From Phycisphaerales bacterium (lineage in GTDB: Bacteria > Planctomycetota > Phycisphaerae > Phycisphaerales > UBA5793): a DNA stretch of 64,000 nucleotides. A model generated the notes under the pieces. That model saw nothing but the letters and a program-made list of their open reading frames with translations. It was not told the DNA's origin and did no database searches. The DNA lies in assembly GCA_020852515.1 (NCBI GenBank), contig JADZAS010000016.1, forward strand, positions 186,155 through 250,154. The letters run 5' to 3'. The translations under genes and the position numbers were made by a program. The first letter of the stretch is position 1. Each line of letters begins with the position of its first letter. Positions 30,261 through 39,613 of this stretch are shown here, piece after piece.

Positions 30261-30379
30261 CATGGTCGATGTGATTCGCCGACCACGCAGTCATCGGCTC
30301 CCCACCCGGCGCCGACGAGTCGGCGCCGGGTGGTGCATCTCCGCCACGAGTGCATCAAGGTCTCTCAATCCTTCGCTGC

Positions 30380-30895
30380 CTACATCACGGCATGTGCAGC
30401 ACTCACGTTGACCGCCGACTCGGCGATTTCGGTCAGCTTCCGATCCGCCTGCTTCTCTTCGTTAAGCGTCTGCTGGAGCAAGTCGGCGACATCATCCCGA
30501 CCGATGCGCTGCGCGAAGTTGCGGGCAGTGCCGTAGCTGGCCATTTCGTAGTGTTCGACGCGCTGCGCCGCCGCGATCAGTGCGGCGTCGCGCACGGATG
30601 GATCGCCCTTGGCCTTGATCATGTGGTCACCCTCCTTGATCAAGCCCTTCATGGCGTCGCAGGTTTCGCGTTCGGCTTCGTGGCCGAGCATCTGGAACAC
30701 CTGCTCAAGTCGACGCACGTGCCCTTGCGTCTCCTGGAGATGGCTCCGGAACGCCGAGGCCAGCGCGGGCGATTGAGCCGCGTCGGCCATATGCGGAAGT
30801 GATTCAACCAGCCGCTTCTCCGCGTCGTACAGGTCGCCGACCTGGTTGATGAGCAAATCCTTGAGACTGTGAAATTCGTCGTTGAAGAGGTTCAT
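30380..30895 (-). CDS. ferritin-like DUF892/YciE family protein
   Basis: 171 aa; LYDAEKRLVESLP...EHYEMASYGTA diagnostic helical repeats. Confidence 0.8.
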   Translation of the reverse strand: MNLFNDEFHSLKDLLINQVGDLYDAEKRLVESLPHMADAAQSPALASAFRSHLQETQGHVRRLEQVFQMLGHEAERETCDAMKGLIKEGDHMIKAKGDPSVRDAALIAAAQRVEHYEMASYGTARNFAQRIGRDDVADLLQQTLNEEKQADRKLTEIAESAVNVSAAHAVM

Positions 30896-31207
30896 CGACT
30901 ACCTCCTTTTCAGTTCTGTCGAACAGCGCGCAGCACCGAGATGCGCGCCTCACGTTCGGGGTCGAAGTGTTTGCAAAGATCGTACCGCGGGGCACCGACG
31001 CCGCTGAACGGCATTTTGCCTGTCCACCCGGCCGCATGGTGCTCAGCAAATTCTCACAAGACGTGGCGCACCGGGGTTGGCGTGTCCTGATCAGGCTGGT
31101 TTGGGACCTGTACTGCCGCACTCGCTCCGGAATAATGAACAACGACGCGTGGCCGCCGCGCCACCCGCCGCAGCTTTCGTGGGAACCGCGAAGAGAGGAC
31201 GTTTGCC

Positions 31208-32794
31208 ATGACCATGATCCTGCTTGCACTGGGGTTTATCGCCGCCGCGGCCATCGTCGTCGGCGCCATCCGCCTTCAGCATGCGCTGCTTCGAACCGCC
31301 GCGCTGCTCTTCGCGCTCATGGTGTTCTTTGTCTTCTTCGCGTTCAGTTCGATCCGCTACGTGGGCGAGAATGAAGTGGGCGTGGTGATCCGCAACTTCG
31401 GCTCAGACCTGCCGCAGGGCTCGATCATCGCCACCCGAGGCGAAAAGGGGCCGCAGGCTTCGATCCTGGGGCCGGGCTGGCACTTCTGGCTCTGGCCGGT
31501 GATCTTCGACATCGAGACCTCGCCCATTCTTGAAGTCGACAACGACGAGGTTGGGCTCATCACCACCGCCGACGGCCACCCGCTCCCGACGGGCGTCGCG
31601 TTTGCAGAGGAGTGGGATGAGGAGCGGTTTCGGCAGATGCTCGACGCAGAGTATTTCCTCACGCAGGGCCAGGGCTTCAAGGGCCCGCAGGCCTCGGTGC
31701 TCAAGCCGGGCAAATACCGCTTCAATCCCAAACTCTACCGCATCGAGAAAGTCGCGGTGACGAACATTCAAAAGGCCACGGTCGGCGTCGTCAAGTCCAA
31801 CGTCGGCGACCTGGCCACCCAGGGCGACCGCACGCTGGTCCAGCAGGGCCAGCGCGGTATCTGGACGACGCCGCTCATGCCGGACAAACTCTACCTCAAC
31901 ACCAAGGCCTACGAGGTGACCGTCATCTCTACCAAGGAGCGCATTCTCCGCTACACCAAGGGCCATGCCGCCGGCGAAGAAACGGAGATTATTGTGCGAA
32001 CGAGCGACGGCTTCACCTTCCCGGTGGACGTTCGCATCAAGTACGCGATCCGCCCCGAGGATGCGCCACTCGTCGTGTCAAAGGTCGGCGATGATCAGGA
32101 GGGCCTGCGCGATGTCTTGAATTCGGCAGTTCGCGCCATCTTCCGCAACAACGCCGAGAGCGTCAAGGCGCTCGACTACGTCCAGCAGCGCAGCCATCAA
32201 GAGCAGCAGTCGATGACCATGCTTCAGGAAGAAATGCGCAAGATCGGCGTCACCGTTTCCTCCGTGGCCATCGGCGACGTGGGTGACGAGGACTCGCTGG
32301 GAAATCTGCTCAAGACTCAGACCGATCGCGAGATCGCGGTGCAGGAGCAGGAGACCTACCGCGAACAGCAGAGGGCTGCCGAGCAGAAGAAGGAGTTGAC
32401 GCGCACCGAGCAGGAAGCCGAGGAAGAACGCCGCCTGGCCACGGCGAGTTATGAAGTGCAGATCGCCGAGCAGCAGAAGGAGCGCCGGATCATCGAGGCC
32501 AACGCCGAAGCCGAGGCGATCAAGATCAAGGCAGGCGCTCAGGCGGACGCCTACAAACTCGTGGCGGCCCAGATCGGCCAGGGCAACGCAGCGCTCGTCG
32601 AACTGCTCCGCATCATCGGCGAGAGCGGCATCAACATCACGCCGCGCGTCATGGTCGTCGGGAACACGGGAATGGGCGCGGGCGCATCGACGGAAACCAC
32701 CGCTCTCATAGGAACGATGCTCGACTCAATGCTCGACAAGACGCCCGAAGCGCCGACCGTCCGCCAGGTGAGCAACAGTGACGCGGGGAATTGA
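31208..32794 (+). CDS. SPFH/band-7 (flotillin-like) membrane protein
   Basis: N-terminal transmembrane helices, SPFH core, long Glu/Ala/Gln coiled-coil (EQKKELTRTEQEAEEERRLA... AEAEAIKIKAGAQADAYK). Confidence 0.8.
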   Translation: MTMILLALGFIAAAAIVVGAIRLQHALLRTAALLFALMVFFVFFAFSSIRYVGENEVGVVIRNFGSDLPQGSIIATRGEKGPQASILGPGWHFWLWPVIFDIETSPILEVDNDEVGLITTADGHPLPTGVAFAEEWDEERFRQMLDAEYFLTQGQGFKGPQASVLKPGKYRFNPKLYRIEKVAVTNIQKATVGVVKSNVGDLATQGDRTLVQQGQRGIWTTPLMPDKLYLNTKAYEVTVISTKERILRYTKGHAAGEETEIIVRTSDGFTFPVDVRIKYAIRPEDAPLVVSKVGDDQEGLRDVLNSAVRAIFRNNAESVKALDYVQQRSHQEQQSMTMLQEEMRKIGVTVSSVAIGDVGDEDSLGNLLKTQTDREIAVQEQETYREQQRAAEQKKELTRTEQEAEEERRLATASYEVQIAEQQKERRIIEANAEAEAIKIKAGAQADAYKLVAAQIGQGNAALVELLRIIGESGINITPRVMVVGNTGMGAGASTETTALIGTMLDSMLDKTPEAPTVRQVSNSDAGN

Positions 32795-32803
32795 CGGGCG
32801 CCG

Positions 32804-33133
32804 TCAGTCACCGCCGACGCTGGCCGAGCCTCCGCAGGCGAGGCACTGCTCGATGGCTGAATCGCGATCCTGAGCCGTGGCGAAGGTGCGGCTGCGGGCG
32901 ATGGGCACGCGGCCGCGCGCATTGAGAGTGAAGAAGAACTGGCCGCCCGGCGCTGCATGGCGCGTGTATTGGGCCCGGACGGCTGCGTTCGTGCAGCACA
33001 GGTCGATACCCTGCCGCACCGAATCATGCGAATCGTGTTCGACGAGGCTCACCAGAAGCACCTCACCGTCGTCGGAAAGAAGACTGAAGTGGAACCGACC
33101 ATCATCCGTACGATTGACAACGTAGTTTCCCAT
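32804..33133 (-). CDS. YegP/DUF1508 family protein
   Basis: Two tandem ~50-aa repeats (GRFHFSLLSDDGEVLLVS / GQFFFTLNARGRVPIARS). Confidence 0.7.
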   Translation of the reverse strand: MGNYVVNRTDDGRFHFSLLSDDGEVLLVSLVEHDSHDSVRQGIDLCCTNAAVRAQYTRHAAPGGQFFFTLNARGRVPIARSRTFATAQDRDSAIEQCLACGGSASVGGD

Positions 33134-33509
33134 GATGGAGCGCTCGCAGAAGCGCGCGCATAACCCGTCTTTCGTTCAGTGTGGATGTCCGCCTGAGGCT
33201 AGATGGAGCCCGTTCACCCGCCACACCGCAAATGCCCTTAACCGATGGAGGCGTTTTGCGATCCGCGGCCTGCGAAAAAGTCGCGCGCTTCGAAGATGCT
33301 TGCCGAAAGCGTGTTACACGTGTCTCGGCGCGGGGCAGCGGCTCGCATGGGTGAAACTGAGGCGGCGAAATGCGCTGCCTCGGGCGCGATGGTCCCTCCA
33401 TCTCGCGCCACAGCCCGCCGCGCTAGGATTCTTTCCGGTGCCCCCGGCCCGGCGGGTACGTCCGCAGCCAGGGCCTGAGCCCATTTTTCCGACGGAGAAC
33501 CCGACCGGC

Positions 33510-35156
33510 ATGCTCACACGCACGAAGGACACGCGAGCCGCAGACGACGCGCTGCGTCAGGCCATGGAGGCATTTGAGCGGCAGGCCGCGGAGATCCGCC
33601 TCGGCGGAGGGCACAAAGCCATCGAACGCCAGCACGAGCGCGGCCGTCTCACCGCCCGCGAGAGGATCGAATTGCTCGTCGATCGGCCCGGCCGCGGCAA
33701 CGGACAATTCGTCGAACTCGGCCTGTTCGCTGCTTGGGGCATGTACCGCGAGTACGGCGGCGCGCCGGCTGCGGGAGTGGTCACCGGCATCGGGCCCGTG
33801 GACGGCCGGTTGTGCATGATCATCGCCAACGACGCCACCGTAAAGGCCGGCGCGTTCTTCCCGATGACCTGCAAGAAGATCATCCGGGCGCAGATGATCG
33901 CCCGGCAGGCGCGCTTGCCGCTCATCTATCTCGTGGACTCGGCCGGCGTCTTTTTGCCGCTGCAGGAAGACGTGTTCCCCGACACCGACGACTTCGGCCG
34001 CATCTTCCGCAACAACGCGGTGATCAGCGCCGAAGGCATCGTGCAGATGGCGGCCATCATGGGCAACTGCGTCGCCGGCGGCGGCTACCTGCCCGTGCTC
34101 TGCGATACGCTGCTCATGACCGACGGCAGTGGGCTCTACCTTGCCGGCCCGGCGCTCGTCAAGGCCGCGATCGGACAGAACGTCGATCACGAATCGCTCG
34201 GCGGCGCCGAGATGCACGCGGCGGTCAGCGGCACGATCGACTACCACGAGAAGACCGACGAAGACTGCCTGCGCCGGCTGCGCTCGCTCATGGAGGCGGT
34301 GCAGAGCGTGAGCCCGCCAGCCGATCCGCCCAACCCCGCTGTCGCGCCGGCGCGGCGCGGCGAGGATGTCTACGCCATCTATCGCGATAGCCCGGCCGAC
34401 CAGTACGGCATGAACGAACTGCTCGACTGCATCGTCGATGCCGGAACGAGCAACGAGTACAAAGCCGAATACGGGCCGTCGATCATCTGCACCTACACGC
34501 GCATCGGCGGTTGGCCGTGCGGCATCGTGGCCAATCAGCGCAAACTGACCAAGAGCGCCAACGTCGGCGCCCAGATGCCCGCCGTGATCTACCACGAGAG
34601 CGCCGACAAAGCCGCACGCTTCATCATGGACTGCAACCAGAAGCGGCTGCCGATCATCTTTGTCAACGACACCACGGGCTTCATGGTGGGGCGCGACAGC
34701 GAGCAGAGCGGCATCATCCGCAGCGGCGCGAAGATGGTCAATGCGATGAGCAACTGCGTCGTGCCCAAGATCGCGCTGATCGTGGGCAACTCATACGGGG
34801 CCGGCAACTACGCCATGTGCGGCCGCGCCTTCGACCCGTTTCTCACCTACGGCTGGCCGGGCGCCAAGTTCGCCGTCATGGGCGCCAACCAGGCCGCCGG
34901 AGTGCTGGCGCAGATCCAATTGGCGGCTCTGGAGCGCCGCGGCGAAATCGTCGATGAAAAGGAGCGCCACGAGGTGCTCGCCGCCGTTAAGGCCAGTTAC
35001 TCCGAGCAGGCGGATATCCGCTACGGCGCCGCCCGCGGCTGGGTGGACCGCCTCATCGCGCCGCACGAGACGCGACGCGAAATGATCGATGCGCTTCGGA
35101 TCGCCAGCAAGTGCCCGATTGATCGTGAATTCAAGACCGGTGTGCTCCAGGTATGA
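33510..35156 (+). CDS. acyl-CoA carboxylase carboxyltransferase (beta) subunit
   Basis: Two crotonase-like CT halves (N- and C-terminal CoA carboxyltransferase domains), propionyl/methylcrotonyl-CoA carboxylase beta-type. Start taken at MLTRTKD (33510); upstream ORF extension is Arg-rich. Confidence 0.85.
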   Translation: MLTRTKDTRAADDALRQAMEAFERQAAEIRLGGGHKAIERQHERGRLTARERIELLVDRPGRGNGQFVELGLFAAWGMYREYGGAPAAGVVTGIGPVDGRLCMIIANDATVKAGAFFPMTCKKIIRAQMIARQARLPLIYLVDSAGVFLPLQEDVFPDTDDFGRIFRNNAVISAEGIVQMAAIMGNCVAGGGYLPVLCDTLLMTDGSGLYLAGPALVKAAIGQNVDHESLGGAEMHAAVSGTIDYHEKTDEDCLRRLRSLMEAVQSVSPPADPPNPAVAPARRGEDVYAIYRDSPADQYGMNELLDCIVDAGTSNEYKAEYGPSIICTYTRIGGWPCGIVANQRKLTKSANVGAQMPAVIYHESADKAARFIMDCNQKRLPIIFVNDTTGFMVGRDSEQSGIIRSGAKMVNAMSNCVVPKIALIVGNSYGAGNYAMCGRAFDPFLTYGWPGAKFAVMGANQAAGVLAQIQLAALERRGEIVDEKERHEVLAAVKASYSEQADIRYGAARGWVDRLIAPHETRREMIDALRIASKCPIDREFKTGVLQV

Positions 35157-38100
35157 CCGATCCGCGCGCGCAGACCGCCCCTCCCGCGAAGGCCCCGCGA
35201 CGCCTGCGGCGCTGGCTCAAGCGGCTGGTGATCGTTCTGCTCTCGCTTGGAGCGCTCACGGTCATCGCCTGGCAGGCGCTCACCAGTTCCTGGTTCCTGG
35301 CTCCGCGTATCGAGTCGATGCTCTCCTCGCTCATCGGGGGCAAGGTGACGATCCGCACGGCCGAACTCGACCTCCACGGCCATCTCCACCTGACGGATGT
35401 GCGACTGCTGGTTCCGTCAATCAAGGGGCCCGCCGGCGAACTCGTGCACGTCCCCGACGTCTCCATGAACCTTGACCGCGATGAACTGCTCGCCGGGCGC
35501 TTTACCGTTCAGGGTCTCACGATCGACGATGCGCTGCTCAGGCTCAGCGAAGACCTCGACTCCGGACGCTTCAACGTCGGCGGCCTGACCATGCCCGCGC
35601 CCACGGGCGCATCGCCGAGCATGGTCTGGCCACGCGTCGAGTTGCGCTCAGGCGTCGTTCAGATCGGCGAGCATCGCGACGGCAAGTTTTATCCGTCCGG
35701 CGAGCTGCGCGTGAACGGCTCGCTCAAGCCGGAGAAGTCGCCGCGGGGCTCAGCCCTTCCCGAATGGTACAGCTTCGATCTGGAGGAGATTCCGGTCCAG
35801 GGGCTGTCGTCCCCGAGCGCCATGCAGATTGCGGGCCGATTCAACATCGCCACGACCGAGGGTTCGTGCATTCTCAGCGGTGTGACGTTTGAACCCGAAC
35901 GGGCCCAACTGCTCCCGCGCGTCGCGCGTCAGTGGTGGAACGCAATCGATCCGAGCGGCTCTCTCGAGCCCATCGCTTTTCAACTCGACTCGGACGGCCG
36001 CTACGAAGTCGAGATCGCCATGGACGGCATCGACTGGTCGCTCCCGGTGCCCAGTTTCGACCCGCAGCGCGACACCAATGCGCCGCGGATGACCGACGTC
36101 CACGGCAGCGTCGTCATTCACGATGGCATCGTCGATCTCATCGGTCTCTCGGGCGCGATCGACGGCGTCCGATACGGCCTGGCAGGCTCGTTCGCCTCAG
36201 TAGACCGCTCGCCCGGCTTCGACCTCACGTTCCAAGTCGAGCGGTTCGATCTCTCGCGCAACTTGAACCTGCTTACCGCGCTGCCCATCTCGGTGCGCCG
36301 GCTCGTGGACAACCAGCTCATTCAACTCGGCGGACCGACCGGACTGCTCGACGCTCACGTCACGCTCACGCGCGCTCCTGCAGGCGAAGACGCCAGCGGC
36401 GGCGAGGCGGGCCGACCGGTGCGCGCATCCGGCCGCGTCGAACTGCTCAACGCCGAGGGGAGTTACAGCGCTTTTCCCTATCCGCTCACCGGTCTCAACG
36501 GCGCCGTCGAATTCGACGACGACGAGATCCGCGTCATCGCGCTTGCCGGTCGCGGGCCGTCGGGCGGGCAGATCTTCGTCTCAGGCACGATCGCGCCGCC
36601 GCTCAACGACCCGCTCGTCAACATCGAACTCTACGCCATCAATGTGCCCGTCGATGACCACCTGCGCCGTGCGCTCGGCGAACGTCGCGGCGGCGCGCTC
36701 GACGAGTTCTTTAACGAAGACTGGGCCCGCCGCCTGCACGACGACGAGTTGTTTCTTCAGATGGATGATGTTCAGCCACTGAGCGACGAAGTCATGACGC
36801 TCATGCGCGAGTACCGCGAACTCAGCGGACCCGAAGGGCAACCCCTCGACGCCGCGTCGCGCCAGCGCCAGGACGTCATACGCGGGCGGATGGAGAGCAT
36901 CGAGCAGGTGCTCAAGCGCCCCACCTTCGAACTCGGCGGGCGCATCAACATCCGATCGACCGTGCGGCGCGATCGCGGCCCGGGCGAGCCGACGCGCGTG
37001 TCGAATCTCATCAGCCTGAGCGACCCTGCGGCACCTCTTGGGATCGTCTACGACGAGTTTCCCTATCCGGTGCGTCTCATTTCCGGCGAGATTCTCATCG
37101 GGTACGATCGCATCGACGTGGTCAAGGATCTGGTCGTTGAGGGCCTGTCAGGCGCCCGGGGCGTGATCAACGGTTACGTCGATCGGGTCCGCGTGCCCGA
37201 GCGCCGCCAGGAACCGCACCTCACGATCCGCGCGGCGCACCTGCCCATCGACACCTACCTGCTTCGCGCCATCCCGGATGCGGATTGGAAGAACCTCGAT
37301 CCAGACTCCACTCCCCTGCTGTCGAAAGGGGCGCGCGTGGTTGCCGGACTCCGGCTGGCGGGCCAGTTGAGCGCCGATGGCGCGATCACCACCGACGAGC
37401 GCGGCAAGGCGGCCTTTGACATCAAAGTGTCAGCCGCCGACACCGCTTCGCTGGATGCGGGTGAGCGAGTGCCTTATGAATCGGAGCTTGAGTGGACGTG
37501 GCCCACGTCGCTGCCACTCTCGCACGTGCAGGCAAACCTGACTGTTCACCGCCGAAGCGTGGAAATCAACGAGTTCAGCGGCGTCAGCGATGCACAGCAG
37601 TTCCGCGCCGATGGAACCGTTGACTGGTCGAGCGGCCAGGCGGCAATCGAACTGCACGTGGATGGTGAGAACATCGATCTCAAGCCGCATCTCATCGACC
37701 TGGCGTCGGCTATCGGGCAAGACGGCGGCGTACAGGAGATGCAGCGGTTCTGGGATCGCTTCCAGCCACAGGGAACTGCTGATGCGGCCCTCACCTATAC
37801 CCAGGCCAACGACGGCGCCACCGGATTCGACCTGCGCCTCGTGCCGCGAGCCGGCTCGGTCCTGATCAGCGAGCACCGCGTCGAGATCGCCAATCCCATC
37901 GGCTCGCTGCACTTCGTGCCTGGCTCGGTTACGTTTGATGCGCTGCGCGCCGACGCGACAAGCGGCGGCGTGAATGCAGGTCACATCGCGCTCGATGGCC
38001 CCCTGGCGTGGGCTCCGACACTCGCCACGAGTCTTGATGCGCAAATCGAGGGCGGAAGTCTCGAAGCGCCGGTGTACGCCATGTTTTCGGAAGGCGTATC

Positions 38101-39526
38101 GCGCCTGTTCGCCGGCGCCAAGCCGGATGCCGTCTCCGCGAGCGGCGTCTTCGACGCGTCACTCAAGTACTCCCGACCTGCCGGCGCGGAACGGCCGGAT
38201 TATGTCGTCAATCTCCGGCCCCGCACGCTCGATCTGTCGCTCAGTGGCGAGCGCTTCGAACTTCGACGGATCGAGGGCAGCGCCATTATCTCACCCGAAG
38301 CCGTGCAGATGAGCAATCTCTTTGGCGCCTATCAGGATGGCCTGATTCACCTCGACGGGGTGGTCAAGCGCGGCAGCGGCATCGATGCAGCGCTGCGCCT
38401 GAGTGTGTCGTCGCAGACGATTACAAACCGCGTGCGCGTGCTCCTGCCGCGCGCCGCCAACCAGCTCATCGACGCCATCGATCTCGAGGTCGGCCAGAGC
38501 GTCGATCTCAGCGACGCCGAAATCCACTACACGCGCCAGCCGCAGCAGGACGCCCAGCAGGCTCCCCTTGAGTCGCTCTCATTCGACGGACTGCTCAACG
38601 TGCGCGACGCTTCGGCGAACCTGTCGATCCCGATCACCGAACTCGACGGCTCGCTTCATCTGAAAGTGCAGCGCCGCTCCGATGAACCCTGGCTGCACGG
38701 CGAAGTGTCGATGACCGTGCCGCGTATGCTCGTGCTTGGCCGCCTCGTCACCGGCGTCCGCGCTGATCTGATCGCGGGCACGCAGCCGAGCGTCATCGAG
38801 ATGCCGCGGCTGACTGGCGACTGCTACGGCGGACGCGTCTCGGCGGAGGGCTGGCTCCGCGTGCCCTGGAAGGGCGAACCCGGCCAGTATGAGCTGAACC
38901 TGGCCCTGGCGCAGGTCGCCGTGGCGCCCGTCCTGCGCCGATACCCGACCGCGTCCGCTGAAGCCAATGGCGACGCCGGCGCCAGCAGCACACCGCCCCC
39001 GCCCACGGCGCGCCCCGGCCGGCTCGAGGCCAGCCTCTCCATCGCCGGCCAGTTCGGCGAGGCGCGGTCGCGCATCGGACGCGGCGTCATCCGCGTGCGG
39101 GATGCGGAGCTGTACGATGTGCCGCTGGCCATGTGGGCTTTGCAACTCAGCGCGCTCACGCTGCCGGTGTCCACGAGCTTCCGTGAGGCTGAGATCGAGT
39201 GTTTCGTCGAAGGCAGCGAGGTGGTCTTCGAGCGCCTCGTGCTCGATTCGCCTTCCATGTCGCTCGTCGGGCGCGGCGTTCTGAACTACGAAACCAAAGC
39301 CCTGGACATGCGATTCAACACGGCGTCCAAACTGCGCGCCCCACTGCTCACGCCGCTGTGGGAGGCCTTGCGCGATCTGTTCATGAGCATCCACGTCACC
39401 GGCACGCTCGAACGCCCTCACGCCAGGCTCGAGGCGCACGCCGACCGGGCCGTCTCGGCCGCCCGACCCGCCGGCGCCGCCTCGGCGCGCGAGGGCACGG
39501 CGATAGTGCGGCCCCGGCCGGAGTGA
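35153..39526 (+). CDS. AsmA/TamB-like large envelope protein
   Basis: 1457 aa. N-terminal signal-anchor helix (LVIVLLSLGALTVIAW), then a long beta-rich repetitive body with a DUF3971/AsmA-like feel. Start overlaps the upstream stop (ATGA). Confidence 0.55.
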   Translation: MTDPRAQTAPPAKAPRRLRRWLKRLVIVLLSLGALTVIAWQALTSSWFLAPRIESMLSSLIGGKVTIRTAELDLHGHLHLTDVRLLVPSIKGPAGELVHVPDVSMNLDRDELLAGRFTVQGLTIDDALLRLSEDLDSGRFNVGGLTMPAPTGASPSMVWPRVELRSGVVQIGEHRDGKFYPSGELRVNGSLKPEKSPRGSALPEWYSFDLEEIPVQGLSSPSAMQIAGRFNIATTEGSCILSGVTFEPERAQLLPRVARQWWNAIDPSGSLEPIAFQLDSDGRYEVEIAMDGIDWSLPVPSFDPQRDTNAPRMTDVHGSVVIHDGIVDLIGLSGAIDGVRYGLAGSFASVDRSPGFDLTFQVERFDLSRNLNLLTALPISVRRLVDNQLIQLGGPTGLLDAHVTLTRAPAGEDASGGEAGRPVRASGRVELLNAEGSYSAFPYPLTGLNGAVEFDDDEIRVIALAGRGPSGGQIFVSGTIAPPLNDPLVNIELYAINVPVDDHLRRALGERRGGALDEFFNEDWARRLHDDELFLQMDDVQPLSDEVMTLMREYRELSGPEGQPLDAASRQRQDVIRGRMESIEQVLKRPTFELGGRINIRSTVRRDRGPGEPTRVSNLISLSDPAAPLGIVYDEFPYPVRLISGEILIGYDRIDVVKDLVVEGLSGARGVINGYVDRVRVPERRQEPHLTIRAAHLPIDTYLLRAIPDADWKNLDPDSTPLLSKGARVVAGLRLAGQLSADGAITTDERGKAAFDIKVSAADTASLDAGERVPYESELEWTWPTSLPLSHVQANLTVHRRSVEINEFSGVSDAQQFRADGTVDWSSGQAAIELHVDGENIDLKPHLIDLASAIGQDGGVQEMQRFWDRFQPQGTADAALTYTQANDGATGFDLRLVPRAGSVLISEHRVEIANPIGSLHFVPGSVTFDALRADATSGGVNAGHIALDGPLAWAPTLATSLDAQIEGGSLEAPVYAMFSEGVSRLFAGAKPDAVSASGVFDASLKYSRPAGAERPDYVVNLRPRTLDLSLSGERFELRRIEGSAIISPEAVQMSNLFGAYQDGLIHLDGVVKRGSGIDAALRLSVSSQTITNRVRVLLPRAANQLIDAIDLEVGQSVDLSDAEIHYTRQPQQDAQQAPLESLSFDGLLNVRDASANLSIPITELDGSLHLKVQRRSDEPWLHGEVSMTVPRMLVLGRLVTGVRADLIAGTQPSVIEMPRLTGDCYGGRVSAEGWLRVPWKGEPGQYELNLALAQVAVAPVLRRYPTASAEANGDAGASSTPPPPTARPGRLEASLSIAGQFGEARSRIGRGVIRVRDAELYDVPLAMWALQLSALTLPVSTSFREAEIECFVEGSEVVFERLVLDSPSMSLVGRGVLNYETKALDMRFNTASKLRAPLLTPLWEALRDLFMSIHVTGTLERPHARLEAHADRAVSAARPAGAASAREGTAIVRPRPE

Positions 39527-39613
39527 TGGCGCTCAGAAAAGGACGAACCGCGCCGACGTCCGGATGAGCGAGCGGCGCGGTCGTCTGAAATGTGCAGTCA
39601 CACGGCGCTGCCA

